Positions 13,406 through 26,754 of a stretch of 64,000 nucleotides of DNA are shown here, in pieces; within the stretch, counting starts at the first letter, position 1, and the number at the start of each line of letters is the position of its first letter. Where the stretch lies: positions 24,960,001 to 25,024,000 of the forward strand of contig CP086569.2 of the NCBI GenBank assembly GCA_009914755.4. The letters are read 5' to 3'. Below the pieces are notes generated by a model, which was given only the letters and a program-made list of their open reading frames with translations, had not been told where the DNA came from and searched no databases. Made by a program: the position numbers and the translations under genes. This DNA comes from the human T2T-CHM13v2.0 reference genome, Homo sapiens.

Positions 13406-15639
13406 CAAGGTAAATTCTCTATTTAAGTGCTCATACATCCAGTTTTGTTGAACATATACTTTAAACCTGTGTTACAGATAAACGTGAATTGCAGGGTTTT
13501 CTTGTTTTCTTCACCCACTTCCCTGTCCCTTTCAATCAGCTGGCTGTGAGATCACTTAAACCAGGGACCTGAGGCTCAGGACTGGCCCAAGGGGTGTTGT
13601 GGGTGCCCCTCTGCATTTCAAGGTCACTGTGTGGCAGGGTCAGGTCTTTGGCTGGAGAAAAGTGCATTGTGTCACCAGAGGAGGTCTTGGTCAGTTGATT
13701 TGAGAAACAACACAAGCACTAATATTTGGAATGTCCCAGGTTAGTGTTGGGGAAACCAGCCCCACATCACCTGATGGGTACCCCAATACTGGCAGAGACA
13801 AATGAGTTGCAAAGAGACAGAATAACTGCTTAAAGGTTGGGACCAGGGGTCTGGAGCATAGGAGGCTTGCTTACAGCCCAGATCTCTAGGGCTCCACCCA
13901 ATTTATTGGTTTACAAGCTCTTTGTTCTCATGGTAGCTGCGAGGATGAGGAAGCGATGAGGAAAAGGATTAGCCAGTGAAGGAGAACTCACGAGTCATTC
14001 AATAAGGTGTATAGTGGGGGCAGTTTCTGTGAATTTCCTAGAGCAAAGGCGTATGTCTAAACTACTTAAGATCTTTAAATTATTGGGGCTGAAACAGTTC
14101 AGAGTGGGTTTCAGGAAGAGCCAAGATATTTGATTATACTCTACTGCTTCAAGGGAGTGTTATCTCCCTGAGCAACCTGTGAAATGCTGCTGAGCAGTTA
14201 CGCTCTCAGGGCATATAGACTTGAAGGCAATAAGGAGACTTTTCTCCACAGAAGCAGCCCATGGCTCCCCATGGATGTCTCACAGAGGGTAGACCAACTC
14301 ACCTGGAACCTGAGAAACTCTCTTTTCCAATTACAGATTGTTGGTTTAGACCAAAAGCAGTAAAAGAGATAAACAAAGCGTATTGGAGTGGCCCTGTGGT
14401 GACAGCATTTTCTGGCTGGGCCTCAGAGTCCCACAAAACCTCCCCTGCTATCTGATCTCTTGTAGAGGGACATGAATAAAATGGACCACTCAAGGACCAT
14501 CAGAACCACTGGGCTTGGCCTTGGACTTTCCAGGAGACAAGAACATTTGAAATCCACTGACTGCCAGGTACTGTCATCCTATGGGCCATGGGACCATCTC
14601 ACCTATTCAGTTCCCCTCTACCATCTAGTAGTGAGTAGAGCATGGAGTGGGCCTAGGGATGACAGGGCCCTGTCACTGTGATCAAGTCAGACCCCAGGGA
14701 GGAGAAAACCACCAGCAAGGAGCCCATGTCAGGGGCCAGGTTTGGGGAGCAGCTTTCTCTAACCTTACACTTGCTCCTGCAGCCTGACTCATCACTTGAA
14801 TTCACATATATATTTGGAGAATGGAGACAACAAACTTAGAACAAGACACACAGGCCTGCCACCTAAAGACAAACCCAGCTGTCATTGTGGGGTGTTTATT
14901 TTTATTATTTTCTTTTTTTTACTCTTCTCATGTTTCTGATACATATCAGTGCTTTTTGAGCACCCTCCTTGCACTCTGTGATCTTCCTTTGATGAAGAGG
15001 ATCCTTTAAGGATAAGAAAAGTATATAGGTTGGCCAGCTGTGGATCTGGTCTACATGTGGGGTAGGCCTACATCTTGGCTGGCCTTCACACCATGTGCAC
15101 ATTTGCTCCTTCATTTCACATAACATTATGACTATAGCATCTTTCTTGACACCTCATGTGCCTGCTTATATTTAGATCCTGCACTGCCTAGGTGTGTGAC
15201 CCTAGGCAGATTCATGTGACATCTCACCTGTACAATAGGGATGCTGCCAGGACCTGCCATGGGATTGTTGCAAATGTTAAGGGGCGGTGGTTATCAAAAG
15301 CCTGAGTACCATTGAGACACAGTGAGCATTCACAAAATACCAATTCTTTTTTTATCAACTGTTGCCTAATAGATCTTTAGGATAAACTGTCGTTTATTCA
15401 CATAACTAGTAAGCTCTTGTTAATTGTTTTCCTAGTTTCAAAACTGGAGAACAATACTTCATTGAAAGTCATTGTAAATAAAGTGCTAAAATATTATCGT
15501 TTTCCAGTAATAGGCTTTATTAAGTGTTTCAAGTTGGCCAGGTCAATCAGAGCCTGGCCAAAGTCTTTGCAACCACAGGGAAAATGGTAAAGGCATTGCA
15601 ATTTGTGATATCCTGGAGCCCACAGCCACTAGTAGCCAA

Positions 15640-16427
15640 ATTGAAACAGGAACCCACATTCTTAGCTTGGCTTCAGTTTCTTTCCGGGTCTTACTGAGAG
15701 GTGAAGCCAGGCTTCTGGGTGGGTGGGGACTTGGAGAACTTTTCTGTCTAGCTAAAGGATTGTAAACACACCAATCAGCACTCTGTGTCAGGCTAAAGGT
15801 TTGTAATTGTACCATTCAGGGCTCTGTGTCTAGCTAATTGGGTGGGGACTTGGATAACTTTTGTGTCTAGCTAAAGGACTGTAAACACCCCAATCAGCAC
15901 TCTGTGTCTAACTGAAGGTTTGTAAATGCACCAGTCAGCACTCGGTCAAAAGGGACCAATCAGCTCTCAGTAAAATGGACTAATCAGCACTCTGTAAAAT
16001 GGACCAAACTGAGCTCTGTATAATGGAACAATCAACGCTCTGTAAAATGGAACAATCAGCAGGACATGGATGAGGCCAAATAAGGGAGTAAAACCTGGCC
16101 ACCTAAGCCAGCAGTGGCAACCCGCTTCATTCCCCTTCCATGCTGTGGAAGATTTTTCTCTTGCTCTTCAAGATAAATCTTGCTGCTCCTCACTCTTTGG
16201 GGCAGCACTGCCTTTATGAGCTGTAACACTCACCATGAAGGTCTGCAGCTTCACTCCTGAAGTCTGCGATACCACGAACCCACCAGAAGGAAGAAACTCG
16301 ACACATCCGAACATCAGAAGGAACAAATTCCGGACACACCATGTTTAAGAACTATAAAACACACCATGAGGGCCCGCGGCTTCATTCTTGAAGTCAGTGA
16401 GGCCAAGAACCCCCGAATTCTGGACAC
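15640..16427 (+). mobile_element. LTR12-family (HERV9) solo LTR with tandem CCAAT-box repeats
   Basis: Tandem ~40-bp units (gtctagctaaaggattgtaaacacaccaatcagcactctgtg ...). Then ccagcagtggcaacccgc ... gagctgtaacactcaccatgaaggtctgcagcttcactcctgaag ... aattctggacaca, the characteristic LTR12 3' end. The 5' boundary is uncertain. Confidence 0.75.
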
Positions 16428-18263
16428 AGTACTGCTCTGGTCTGAGAGAGCCTCTGCCCACAAAAATATGGTGTCCTCTGTGTCCCGCAGGTCACTGCAG
16501 GGTGGCGAGATGTACCAGTATGGGCACGACCATGATGCTCCCACCCTCCCCTTCATCTTTCCTGGTCCTTTCCTCTGCCCACTGGTTGCTTGCAGTAACA
16601 TGCTAGAGTCCTCTATGGCTGCAACTGAATCATGGCTGAGGCCTCTACCACTGGCATCCTCCAAGGAAGTTTCCTTCCAGGCTCGGCAGTTGGTCTACAG
16701 TTAGGGGCTGGACTTCATGATGCACACTGCAGACACCTCTGTGGCTGTGTCTATTGATACCTTTGGTGATGCCTACATGTGGATCTCCTTTGACAGATCT
16801 TGATTGAGTTTTTGAGCTGGATATTGTGACTACTCAGTTCTTGTTTTGTTTTAAGGGAGAGGAAGTGGGGTAGAGCCAGGATTTCCTGCTGGAATCTGTG
16901 GTACTTAATTAGGCTTCAAACCAGTAGAGCTGGAACAAAGACTCTTCCTAGAGTCTCTGACACCACAGATTATTTCTCATATATTTCATTTTGAAAATAA
17001 AAATGTATCCACATGACTGAAAAATACAGAAGTGAGGCAAGAGTTACACAGAAGGAGCTGCCACCATGTGCACCTAAACCTAGTGCCCTGAGTTACCTGT
17101 TAACACCAGGTACAACAGAGGAAGGCTGAGCTTCTTAGACTCCTAACCTTTCATCCACCCTCAGCCAATGGTAGGCATATCATGAGTTTAGTTTCCTTCT
17201 TAGTGATCATTGAAGTTGTAAGCAATTGTAGAATATATATATTTAGATATCTATTTCATCAGTCCAATACAGGACAATCTTGAGACTGTCCTCTTGTAAG
17301 GAGTATATTGGCATTGTGAATTCACCTACGTTTCTTAGTATTCTATGGGTAATACATATTTTGTCTTTAGCTTTCTGTTTTCTTGTCATTTCTAATTGCC
17401 TTTTCTTCTTTCCATTTTAAATTAAACTGTCTACTTTTATTACATCCTTAATGTTTTCCTGCATTTCTAACCTGCCATCTGAAAAGTCACTGCTGGACGC
17501 CTTCCTTTTCCCCTTTCCCATCCAACCAACATCTCTCTAGGCCTGGGGTGGGTCTGTCATTCCCAGAGCTTTTATAATTGCCTCTCTGGGTTTTTACGTG
17601 TGAAATTCTATTTCGCTACTGCAGCTTTGGAACAAATCTCCCAGAGAGCTAGACAATTTTCTTATGATTTATTTTTTTAATTGTATGTGCTTTTGAAATA
17701 TATTTCAGATTCTCTCTTCCATTTTTTTTTGAAAGCTACACATTTTAAGAGAATTTGAAGCTATCTTTCCTAATCTCTGGATTTTCCTCTTATCTTCCTA
17801 AATTTTGTTTTAAAGAGGGTCAATTTATCTATTTTTTCTTTTGTTTTCTGTGCATTCTCTGTCATACCCAGGAAACTTGATGAATTCAATGTCAATAAGT
17901 CCATAAAAATATGTTTGACATCACTAGCCATTAGGTAAAGGAATATCTAAACCACAATGATATTACCACTTTTTACCCACTAGAATGTGATTTTTATTTT
18001 TTTGAAGAAGGGACAACTGGAGAGTATGTGGAGACAATGGAACCCTTGTGCATTGCTGGTGAGAAAGTGAAATGGTGGTGATGGTTGCACAATAACACAA
18101 ACATACTTAATGCCACTTACGTATACACCTACAAATGCTTAGATTGGTAAATTTTATGTTACATTTCTTTTACTAAATACAACAAAGTCTTCCTGAGAAC
18201 TGGTCCTGAAATAGTTCCATGTGAATGAAAGAAGACCCGTCTCTCCTAGAGGGAGTAGAAGCT

Positions 18264-18566
18264 TTTATTTATTTATTTACTTTGAAATTGAGTCTTGCTC
18301 TGTGGCTCAGGCTGGAGGAAAGTGGTGCGACCTCTGCTCACTGCAAGCACTACCTCCCATCTTCACACCATTCTCCTGCATCAGCCTCCCGAGTAGCTGG
18401 GACTAAAGGTGCCCACCATCATGCCTGGCTAACTTTTTGTACTTTTTAGAAGAGACGGGATGTCACCATGTTAGCCATGATGGTCTCGATCTCTAGACCT
18501 CATCATCCACCCTTCTTGGCCTCCCAAAGTGCTGGGAATACAGGCTTGAGCCACCACACCTGGCTG
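18264..18566 (-). mobile_element. Alu element
   Basis: Poly-T, then the reverse complement of Alu (gagtcttgctctgtggctcaggctggag ... cctcccaaagtgctgggaatacaggcttgagccaccacacctggc). Confidence 0.9.
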
Positions 18567-21470
18567 AGTAGGAACCTTTTTATCCATGCTGGTACCACAC
18601 ACTCCTGGCTCTTCCACACACAAAGCATGACCTCACAAATCACAAGCAGTCCAATTCTAACTGGTCTGTTTGCACCTCTTTCCAACATCCTATTCCCCTA
18701 TTCAACTTACTCCCTGCCCCGCTACAAGCCACTGTACATCACAGGTTTGCTTACCTTCTCTGTAGACTTTTCTATAATGTCATAGGAATGCTATCATACA
18801 ATATGTGATCTCTTCAGACTGGCACTTTTTGTTACTAATGTTTTCTCGTTATTCCATAATTGCTGCCAAAATAAGCATGCATGTCTTGTGCCACAGAAAA
18901 CTGATCACACACTAAGCTCTACTTAGTAAAAACTAAAAAAAAAAAATGCTAGTACATATTGTCACATTTATACCCTTATTTTTTTAATTCATGATTTCTA
19001 CAATGAATAAATGGATGAATAAAGTACACTGACACACAAATATTCTGCCTTGCCAGTCCAGCTGAGCATTGGGCTGATTACAGACCCCAGGCAGAGTGTT
19101 GTAAACAGTTTTGACTGTGACCCGTACCAGCTAGTGAGACTCGCATTTATTAAGTAAAGATTAATTGACCAAGGCTTTAAGTCAACACCACTAAAGGGTA
19201 AATGACAGTGTGGACTTCCCAATTAGAAAGCAATTAATCACTGTGGTAAGTCAAAGATTAGTCTTAGGACCACATGAACAAACAAGCTATTAAGATAAAC
19301 ACCCCATATTCCTTTGTTTCTACTCTAACTTATTTAACTAAATGGAAAAGGCTGCCTTTAGCCAAGTTTATTACTGGAGCTTATGCCAATCCCCAAAGCC
19401 TTCCAAGAAGGTTTGCATCTGATAATTTTCCCCACCATCCTGACTGAACCCACACAGATGTCAAAGCTGCAATAAGAATTTCTGGAGTACAAACTAGTTT
19501 CTCTGGGAATTGAAAAAGCCATTGATTTCAATTTCAGTACATATATTCATTGCTTAATACATGATACAGATTAGAACTCTGGAGGTTTACCTTCTTGAAT
19601 CTGCTTTTTCAAAAATGAGACAAAGTGTAAAATCACATGTATTTGGTCTGTTAGTTTTTCTTCACCTTTCAAAACATGGCACTTCCTTTGATTGATATTT
19701 GAAGACAGAGACTAATTTATTAAAATATTTTTCACTGTCCTTTTCATTGTTGCTTTTACACATTACATGTGAAATTGCTGGAAACTTCAACAGTGCACAT
19801 TTTAAATAAGAATAAAAGACAGTTGGCATCTAGCAAGATGGTTGAAAAAGAGCAGCTCTGGTCTGCAGCTTCCAGTGAGATCAACACAAAAGACAAGTGA
19901 TTTCTGTGTTTCCACCTGAGGTACCCAGTTCATCTCATTGGGACTGGTTAGACATTGAGTGAGGCCCACAGAAGGCAAGCAGAAGCAGGGTGATTGTTGC
20001 CTCACCCAGGAAGCGCAAGGGGCTAGAAACTTCCTCCCACAGCCAAGGAAAGCCATCTGGGGCTGTGTCATCAAGCCCGTATCCTGCACTTTTCACAGGG
20101 TTTTTGCAACCCACAGACCAGGAGATTCCCTAGTGTGCCTACAGAACCACAACCCTGGATTTCAAGCATGAAACTGGGTGGCTGCTTTGACACATACTGA
20201 GCTAGATGCAAAAGATTTTTTTTGTACCCCAGTGGCACCTGGAACCCTACTGGGACAGAACAATTCACACCCCTGGAAAGGGGGCTGAAGCTAGGGAAAA
20301 AAGTGGTCTCATTCATCAGGTCCCATTCACATCAAACACAACAAGCTGAGATCTACTGGCTTCAAATTCTCACTACGTGCATAAAAGCCTGAAGTCAACC
20401 TTGAATGATCAAGCTTGGTGGGGAGAGGGTCGACCACCATTACTGAGGCTTACATATAAGGGTTTCCCTAACAGTATTAAGAAAGCTGCCAGGAAGTTTG
20501 CAAAAGCATGCAAAGCAGCTGTGGCCAGATTGGCTCTCTAGATTCCACCTCACTGATTATGTCATTTCTGAAAGAATGGCAGCAGCCCCAGTCAGGGGAT
20601 TATACTTAAAACTCCCATCTCCCTGGGACAGACCACCTGGGAAAAGGGATGGCTGCGAGTGAAACTGCAGCAGACTTAAACATTCCTGCCTGCCTGTTGT
20701 GAAGAGAGCTGTGTATCTCTGAGAACAGTGTTCAAGCCCTGCTCAGGGACAGATTGCCTTTTCAACTATGCCCCTTACCCCTGTGTCTCCTGACTAGGGA
20801 ACACATCCCAGCAGGTTTCAACAGACACTTCATACAGAAGAGCTCTGGCTGGCACCAGTCAGGACCCACTCAGGGCAAAATCTTCCACTTATTGCTGTTC
20901 TGCAACTTCAGATGGTCATACCCAGTAAAGCAGCATCTGAAGTAGACCTCTTGCAAACTCCAGCAGACCTGCAGAAGAGATGCCTGACTGATCAACATCA
21001 ACAAAAAGGGCGCTCATACAAAAACCCAATCCAAAGTCCATCGGCATAAAATATCCCAGGTAGATAAATCCATGAGAAATAGGAATAACCAGCACAAAAG
21101 AGCTGAAAATTCAGAAAATTAGAACGCTTCTTCTCCTCAAAATGATTGCAACTCCTCCCCAGCAAGGGCGCAAAAGTGAATGGAGAAGGAGTTTGATGAA
21201 TTGGCAGAAGTAGGCTTCAGATGGTGTGTAATAACAAAATTATCTGTGGTAAAGGAGTATGTTCTAACCCAATGTTAGGAAGCTGAGAACCTTGATAAAA
21301 TGTTACAGGAACTGCTAACTAAAACAACCAGTTTAGAGAAGAACATGTATTACCTAATGGAGCTCACAAACACAGTGCAAGAAACATTGTGAAGCAAAAA
21401 CAAGTATCATTGGTCGAGTCAATGAAAAGGAAGAAAAGATATCACAGATTATAGATCAACTTAATGAAAT

Positions 21471-22195
21471 TGTGGGGAAAAGAAAGAAAGATCAGACTGT
21501 AACTCTATCTATGTAGAAAGAATTAGACATAAGATACTCTATTTTGTTCTGTACTAAGAGAAATTTTTCTGCCTTGAGATGCTGTTAATCTGTAACCCTA
21601 GCCCTGACACTGTGCTCACAGAGACATGTGCTGTGTTGACTCAAGGTTTAATGGATTTAGGGCTATGAAGGAGGTGCTTTGTTAAACAAGCTCTCGAAGG
21701 CAGTATGGTTGTTAAAAGTCATCACCATTCTCTAATCTCAAGTACCTAGGGACACAATACACTGTGGAATTCCACAAGGACCTCGGCCTAGGAAAACCAG
21801 GTATCATCCAATGTTTCTCCCCATGTGATAGCCTGAGATATGGCCCCATGGGAAGGGAAAGACCTGACCATCCTCCAGCCTGACACCCTTAAGTGGTCTG
21901 TTCTGAGGAGGATTAGTAAAAGAGGAAGGCTTCTTTGCAGTTGTGATAAGAGGAAGGCATCTATCTCCTGCTCATCCCTACCATCACCCTCGCGAGATGG
22001 TAGAGATAATGATTAATAATACTGAGGGAACTCAGAGACCAGTGCTGGCACGGGTCCTCCATATGCTGAGTGCTGGTCCCCTGGGCCCACTTTTCTTTCT
22101 CTATACTTTGTCTCCGTGTCTTATTCCTTTTCTCAGTCTCTCATTCCACCTGATAAGAAACACCCACAGGTGTGGAGGGGCAGTCCACCCCTTCA
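21471..22195 (+). mobile_element. HERV-K (HML-2-like, LTR5A/B-type) solo LTR inserted in L1 ORF1
   Basis: Begins tgtggggaaaagaaagaaagatcagactgtaactctatctatgtagaaagaa. Contains gtatcatccaatgtttctccccatgtgatagcctgagatatggccccatgggaagggaaagacctgacc and ggattagtaaaagaggaagg. Ends ctcagagaccagtgctggcacgggtcctccatatgctgagtgctggtcccctgggccc ... cacccacaggtgtggaggggcagtccaccccttca, which is collinear with the HERV-K LTR consensus. 5-bp TSD GAAAT at 21466-21470 and 22196-22200. About 725 bp, shorter than the ~970 bp LTR5_Hs, consistent with an internal deletion. Confidence 0.8.
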
Positions 22196-23845
22196 GAAAT
22201 AAAGCATGAAGACAAGATTAGAGAAAAATGATTGAAAAGGAACAAACAAAGCCTCCAAGAAATATGGGACTATGTCAAAAGACAAAACCTACTACTGATT
22301 AGTGTACCTGAAGTGAGGGGGAAAATGGAACCAAGTTTGAAATTACGCTTCAAGGCATTATCCAGGAGAATTTCCCCAACCTAAAAAGACAGGCCATCAC
22401 TCAAATTCAGGAGATACAGATAACACCACTAAGATACTCTTTGAGAAGAGCAACATCAAGACATATAACTGTCAGATTCTCCAAAGTTGAACCAAAAGAA
22501 AAAAATGTTAAAGACAGCCAGAGAGAAACGTGAGGTTACCTAGAAAGAGAAGCCCATAGTACTAACAGTGGATCTCTCTGCAGAAACTCTACAAGCCAGA
22601 AGAGAATGGGGCCAACATTCAACATCCTTAAGAAAAAAAAAATCAACCTAGAATTTTGTATTCAGCCAAACAAATCTTCCTAAGCCAAAGAAAAATAAAA
22701 TTGTTACACACAACCAAGTGTAGATGATTTATGTAACCACCATGCCTGCTTTAGAAGAGCTCCTGAAGTAAGCACTAAATATGGAAAGAAAAAACTGTAC
22801 TCACCACTGAAAAAAATAGCAAAATATAAAGACCAACAACACCAAGAAGAAAGGGCATCAACTGATATACAAAATAACCAGCTAGCAATGCCAATGCAGG
22901 ATCAAATTTACACATAACAATATTAACCTTAAATGTAAATGAACTACATTTGCCAATTAAAGTACACAGACTAGCAAATTGGATAAAGGGACAAGACCCT
23001 CTGGTGTGCTATATTCAGGAGACTCATCTCATGGGTGAAGACAGGCATACACTCAAAATAAGGAGAAAGTCAAAAAAAAAAAAAAAAGAAAAAACAGGGG
23101 TTGCAATACTAGTCTATCCTAAGACAAACTTTAAACCAATATAGATCAAAAAAGACAAAGAAGGGAATTACATAACGGTAAAGGGATCAGTGCAACGAGA
23201 AGAACTAATGATCCTAAAAATATATGAACTTAATACAGGAGCACACAGATTTATAAAGCAAGTTCTTAGAGACCTACACAGACTTAGACTACTACCCAAT
23301 CATAAAAGGAGATTTTAACAGTCAGATATATTATGCAGATAAATGAGACAGCATATTAACAAGAATACTTAGGACTTGAACCCAGCTATTGACCAAGCAG
23401 AGCTAATAGACATCTACAGAACTATCCACCCCAAATCAACAGAATATACATTCTTCTCAGCACCACATAGCACTTATTCTAAAATTGACCACATAATTGG
23501 AGGTAAAACACTCCTCAGCAAGTGCAAAAGAACTGAAATCAAAACAGTCCCTTATGCCAAAGTGGAATAAGATTAGAACTCAGGATTCAGAATCTCATTC
23601 AAAACTGCACAACTAAAAGAAAACTCTAAAACCTGCTCCTGAATGTCCACTGGGTAAATAATAAAATAAATAAAGAAAGAAATAAGTTGTTTAAAATCAA
23701 TGAGAACAAAGACACAACCTACCAGAATCTCTAGGACACAGCTAAAGAAGTATTAAGAGAGAAATTGATAGCATGAAATATTCATATCAAAAAGTAGGAA
23801 GGATCAAAAATCCACACCCTAAAATCACAATGAAAAGAACCAGAG

Positions 23846-24162
23846 GGATGGACATGGTGGCTCATACGTCATATTTCAGCACTTTCAGAAGGTGGGCCAG
23901 GAATGTCACCTGAGTTCAAGAGTTCAAGAGCAACCTGGCCAACCAACATGGTGAAACTCTCTCTCTACAGAAAATACAAACAAAACAAAAAAAAAAACCT
24001 GGCCTGGTGGCACACACCTGTAATCCCAGATACTTGGGAGGCTGAAATGGGAAAATTCCTTGAACCCAAAAGATAAAGGTCACAGTGAACTGAGGTTGCA
24101 CAACTCCCTTCCAGTATGGGTGACAAAGCAAGGCACCTTCTCAGAAAAAAAAAAAAAAAAAG
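23846..24162 (+). mobile_element. Alu element nested in L1 ORF2
   Basis: Starts ggacatggtggctcatacgtc and ends in a long poly-A. L1 ORF2 sequence resumes immediately after. Confidence 0.85.
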
Positions 24163-26754
24163 AAGACAGAAAGAAAAGGAACTAGAGAGGCAAGAACAAA
24201 CAAATTCAAACAGTGACACAAAAAAGAAATAACAGATCAGATAATTGAAGGTGATAGAGTCAGGAAAATCCTTCAAAAATCCATGAATCCAGGAGCTTTT
24301 TTATTTTTATTTTTGTAAAGTTTAACAAAATAGAGTTGTAGCCAGAACAATAAAGAAAAAAAGAGAGAAGAATCAATTAGACATGGTAAAGAAAGATAGT
24401 GGGGATGTAACAACTGATCCCACAGAAATAAAAACTACCATCAGAGAATACTGTAAACACTCTACGCAAATAAATTTTAAAAATCTAGAAGAAATAAATA
24501 ACTTCCTGGACACATACACCTTACCAAGACTAAACCAAGAAAAAGTAGAATCCCTGAAGAGACCAACAAATTCTAAAATTGAGGCAGTAATTGGTAGCCT
24601 ACCAAACAAGAATGCCCAGACCAGACGGATTCACAGCTGAATTCTACCAGATGTACAGAGAAAACCTGGTTCCATTTCCTTCTGAAACTGTTCCAAACAA
24701 TACAAAAAGAAGGACTCCTACTGAACTTCTTTTATGAGGCCAGCATCATGTTAATACCAAAGCCTGTCAGAGACCACCACCCAAAAAAATTAGGCCAATA
24801 TCCCTGATTAATATCGATGTGAATGTCCACAACAAAGTACTGGCAAACTGAATGTAGCAACCCATCAAAAAGCTTATCCATCAAAATCAAGTCAGCTCCA
24901 TCCTTGGGTTCCAAGGCTGGTTTCAACATATGCAAATCAATAAATGTAATCCATCACATAAAGAGAACCAATGGCAAAAAACACATAATTATCTCTATCG
25001 ATGCAGAAAAGGACTTTGATAAAATTTAACATCCCTTCCTACTAAAAACCCTCAATAAACTAGGTATTGATGAGATGTATCAGAAACTAATGAGAACTAT
25101 TTGTGACAAACCCATAGGCAATATTATACTGAATGGGCAAAAGCTGGAAACATTCCCTTTGAAAACACAAAACACAAGGCACAAGTCAAGGAAGGCCTCT
25201 CTCACCACTCCTATTCAACATAGTATTGAAAGTTCTGCCCAGGACAATAAGGCAAGAGAAAGAAATAAAAGGTATTCAAATAAAAATAAAGGAAATCAAA
25301 TTTTCCCTGTTTGCAGATGACATAGTTGTATATTTTGAATACCCCATTGTCTCAGCTCTAAAACTCCTTAAAAATAGAGAAGCAACTTCTCTTTTTTGTA
25401 AGTTTGCTTAAGCTTATAAGCAACTCCAGCAGTCTCAGGCTACAAAATCATTGTGCAAAAATTACAAGCATTTCTATAGACAAATAATAGATGAACAGAT
25501 AGCCAAATCATGAGTGAATTCAAATTCACAATTGTTCCAAAGAAAGTAAAATAACTAAGAATAAAACTTACAAGGCATGTGAAGAACTTCTTTATGGAGA
25601 ACTACAAATCACTGCTGAAGGAAATAAAAGAGGACACAAAAATGTGGAAAAAATTCATGTTCATGGATAAGAAGTGTCAATAGCATGAAAATGACCATAC
25701 TGCTTAAAGTAATTCACAAATCTACAATGATCTGATCTTCAACAAGCCTGACAGAAACAAGCAATTGGGGAAAGATTCCTTGGTACTGAGAAAACTGGCT
25801 ACCCATATGCAGAAATCTGAAACTGAATCCCTTTCTTACAACACATACAAAAATTAACTCAAGATGAATTAAAAGACTTAAACATAAAACCTAAAATCAT
25901 AAAAACCGTAGAAGAAAACCTAGACAATACCATTCAGGATATAGACATGGGAAAGACATAATGACAAAAACACCAGAAACAATTGGAACAAAATCCAAAA
26001 TTGACATTTGGGACCTAATTAATCTAAAGAACTTCTCCACAGCAAAAGAAAATATCATCAGGGTGAACAGGTGACATACAGAATGTGAGAAAATTTTTTC
26101 AACCTATCTATCTGACAAAGGTCTAATATCCAAAATCTGCAAGTAACATAAAAACATTTACAAGAAAATGAAATACCCCATCAAAAAGTGGGCAAAGGAT
26201 ATGAACAGACACTTCTCAAAAGGAGACATTAGATCAGCCAAAAAACATATGTAAAAAAAGATCAGCATCACTGGTCATTAGAGAAATGCACATCAAAACC
26301 ACAATGAGATATCGTCTCACATGGTATCTGCGTGTCAGAATGGTGACCGTTAAAAAGTCAGGAAACAACAGATGCTGGCAATGATGTGGAGAAATAGGAA
26401 TGCTCTATACTGCCGGTGGGAGTGTAAATTAGTTCAATCATTGTGGAAGAAAGTATGGTGATTCCCCAAGGATCTATAACCAGAAACACCATTTACCAGG
26501 AATCACATTATGTGGTATATACCCAGAGGATTATAAATCATTCTACTATAAGGAAACATCACATGTACATTTATTACAGCACTATTCACATACAAAAAAG
26601 ACATGGAACAAACCCAAATTCCCATCAATGATAGAGTGGATAAGAAAATATGGCACATATACACCATGGAATACTATGCAGCCTTTAAAAAGAAGAAGTT
26701 GTAATACACATACACATGCACGTGACCTTGTGATAGAATGACTTATTTTTTTGG

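Larger units (their letters stand above)
19820..26695 (+). mobile_element. Near-full-length L1PA-type LINE-1 (older subfamily), ORFs broken, carrying nested LTR and Alu insertions
   Basis: L1 5'UTR at ~19820-20900 (caagatggttgaaaaagagcagctctggtctgcagcttccagtgagatcaacac ... cctcacccaggaagcgcaaggggc). ORF1 region (gggcgcaaaagtgaatggagaaggagtttgatgaattggcagaagtaggcttcag) and ORF2 motifs through to ccatggaatactatgcagcc near 26690. Interrupted at 21471-22195 and 23846-24162. The 3' end is truncated or rearranged. Confidence 0.85.

Noticed and set aside
15640-16427. LTR12 tandem CCAAT units considered as a satellite or protein-coding ORF (16314-16664 minus, 16366-16704 plus)
   Set aside because: The repeats are the known internal enhancer repeats of LTR12. 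The overlapping ORFs are on both strands, lack homology, and sit in LTR U3/R sequence.
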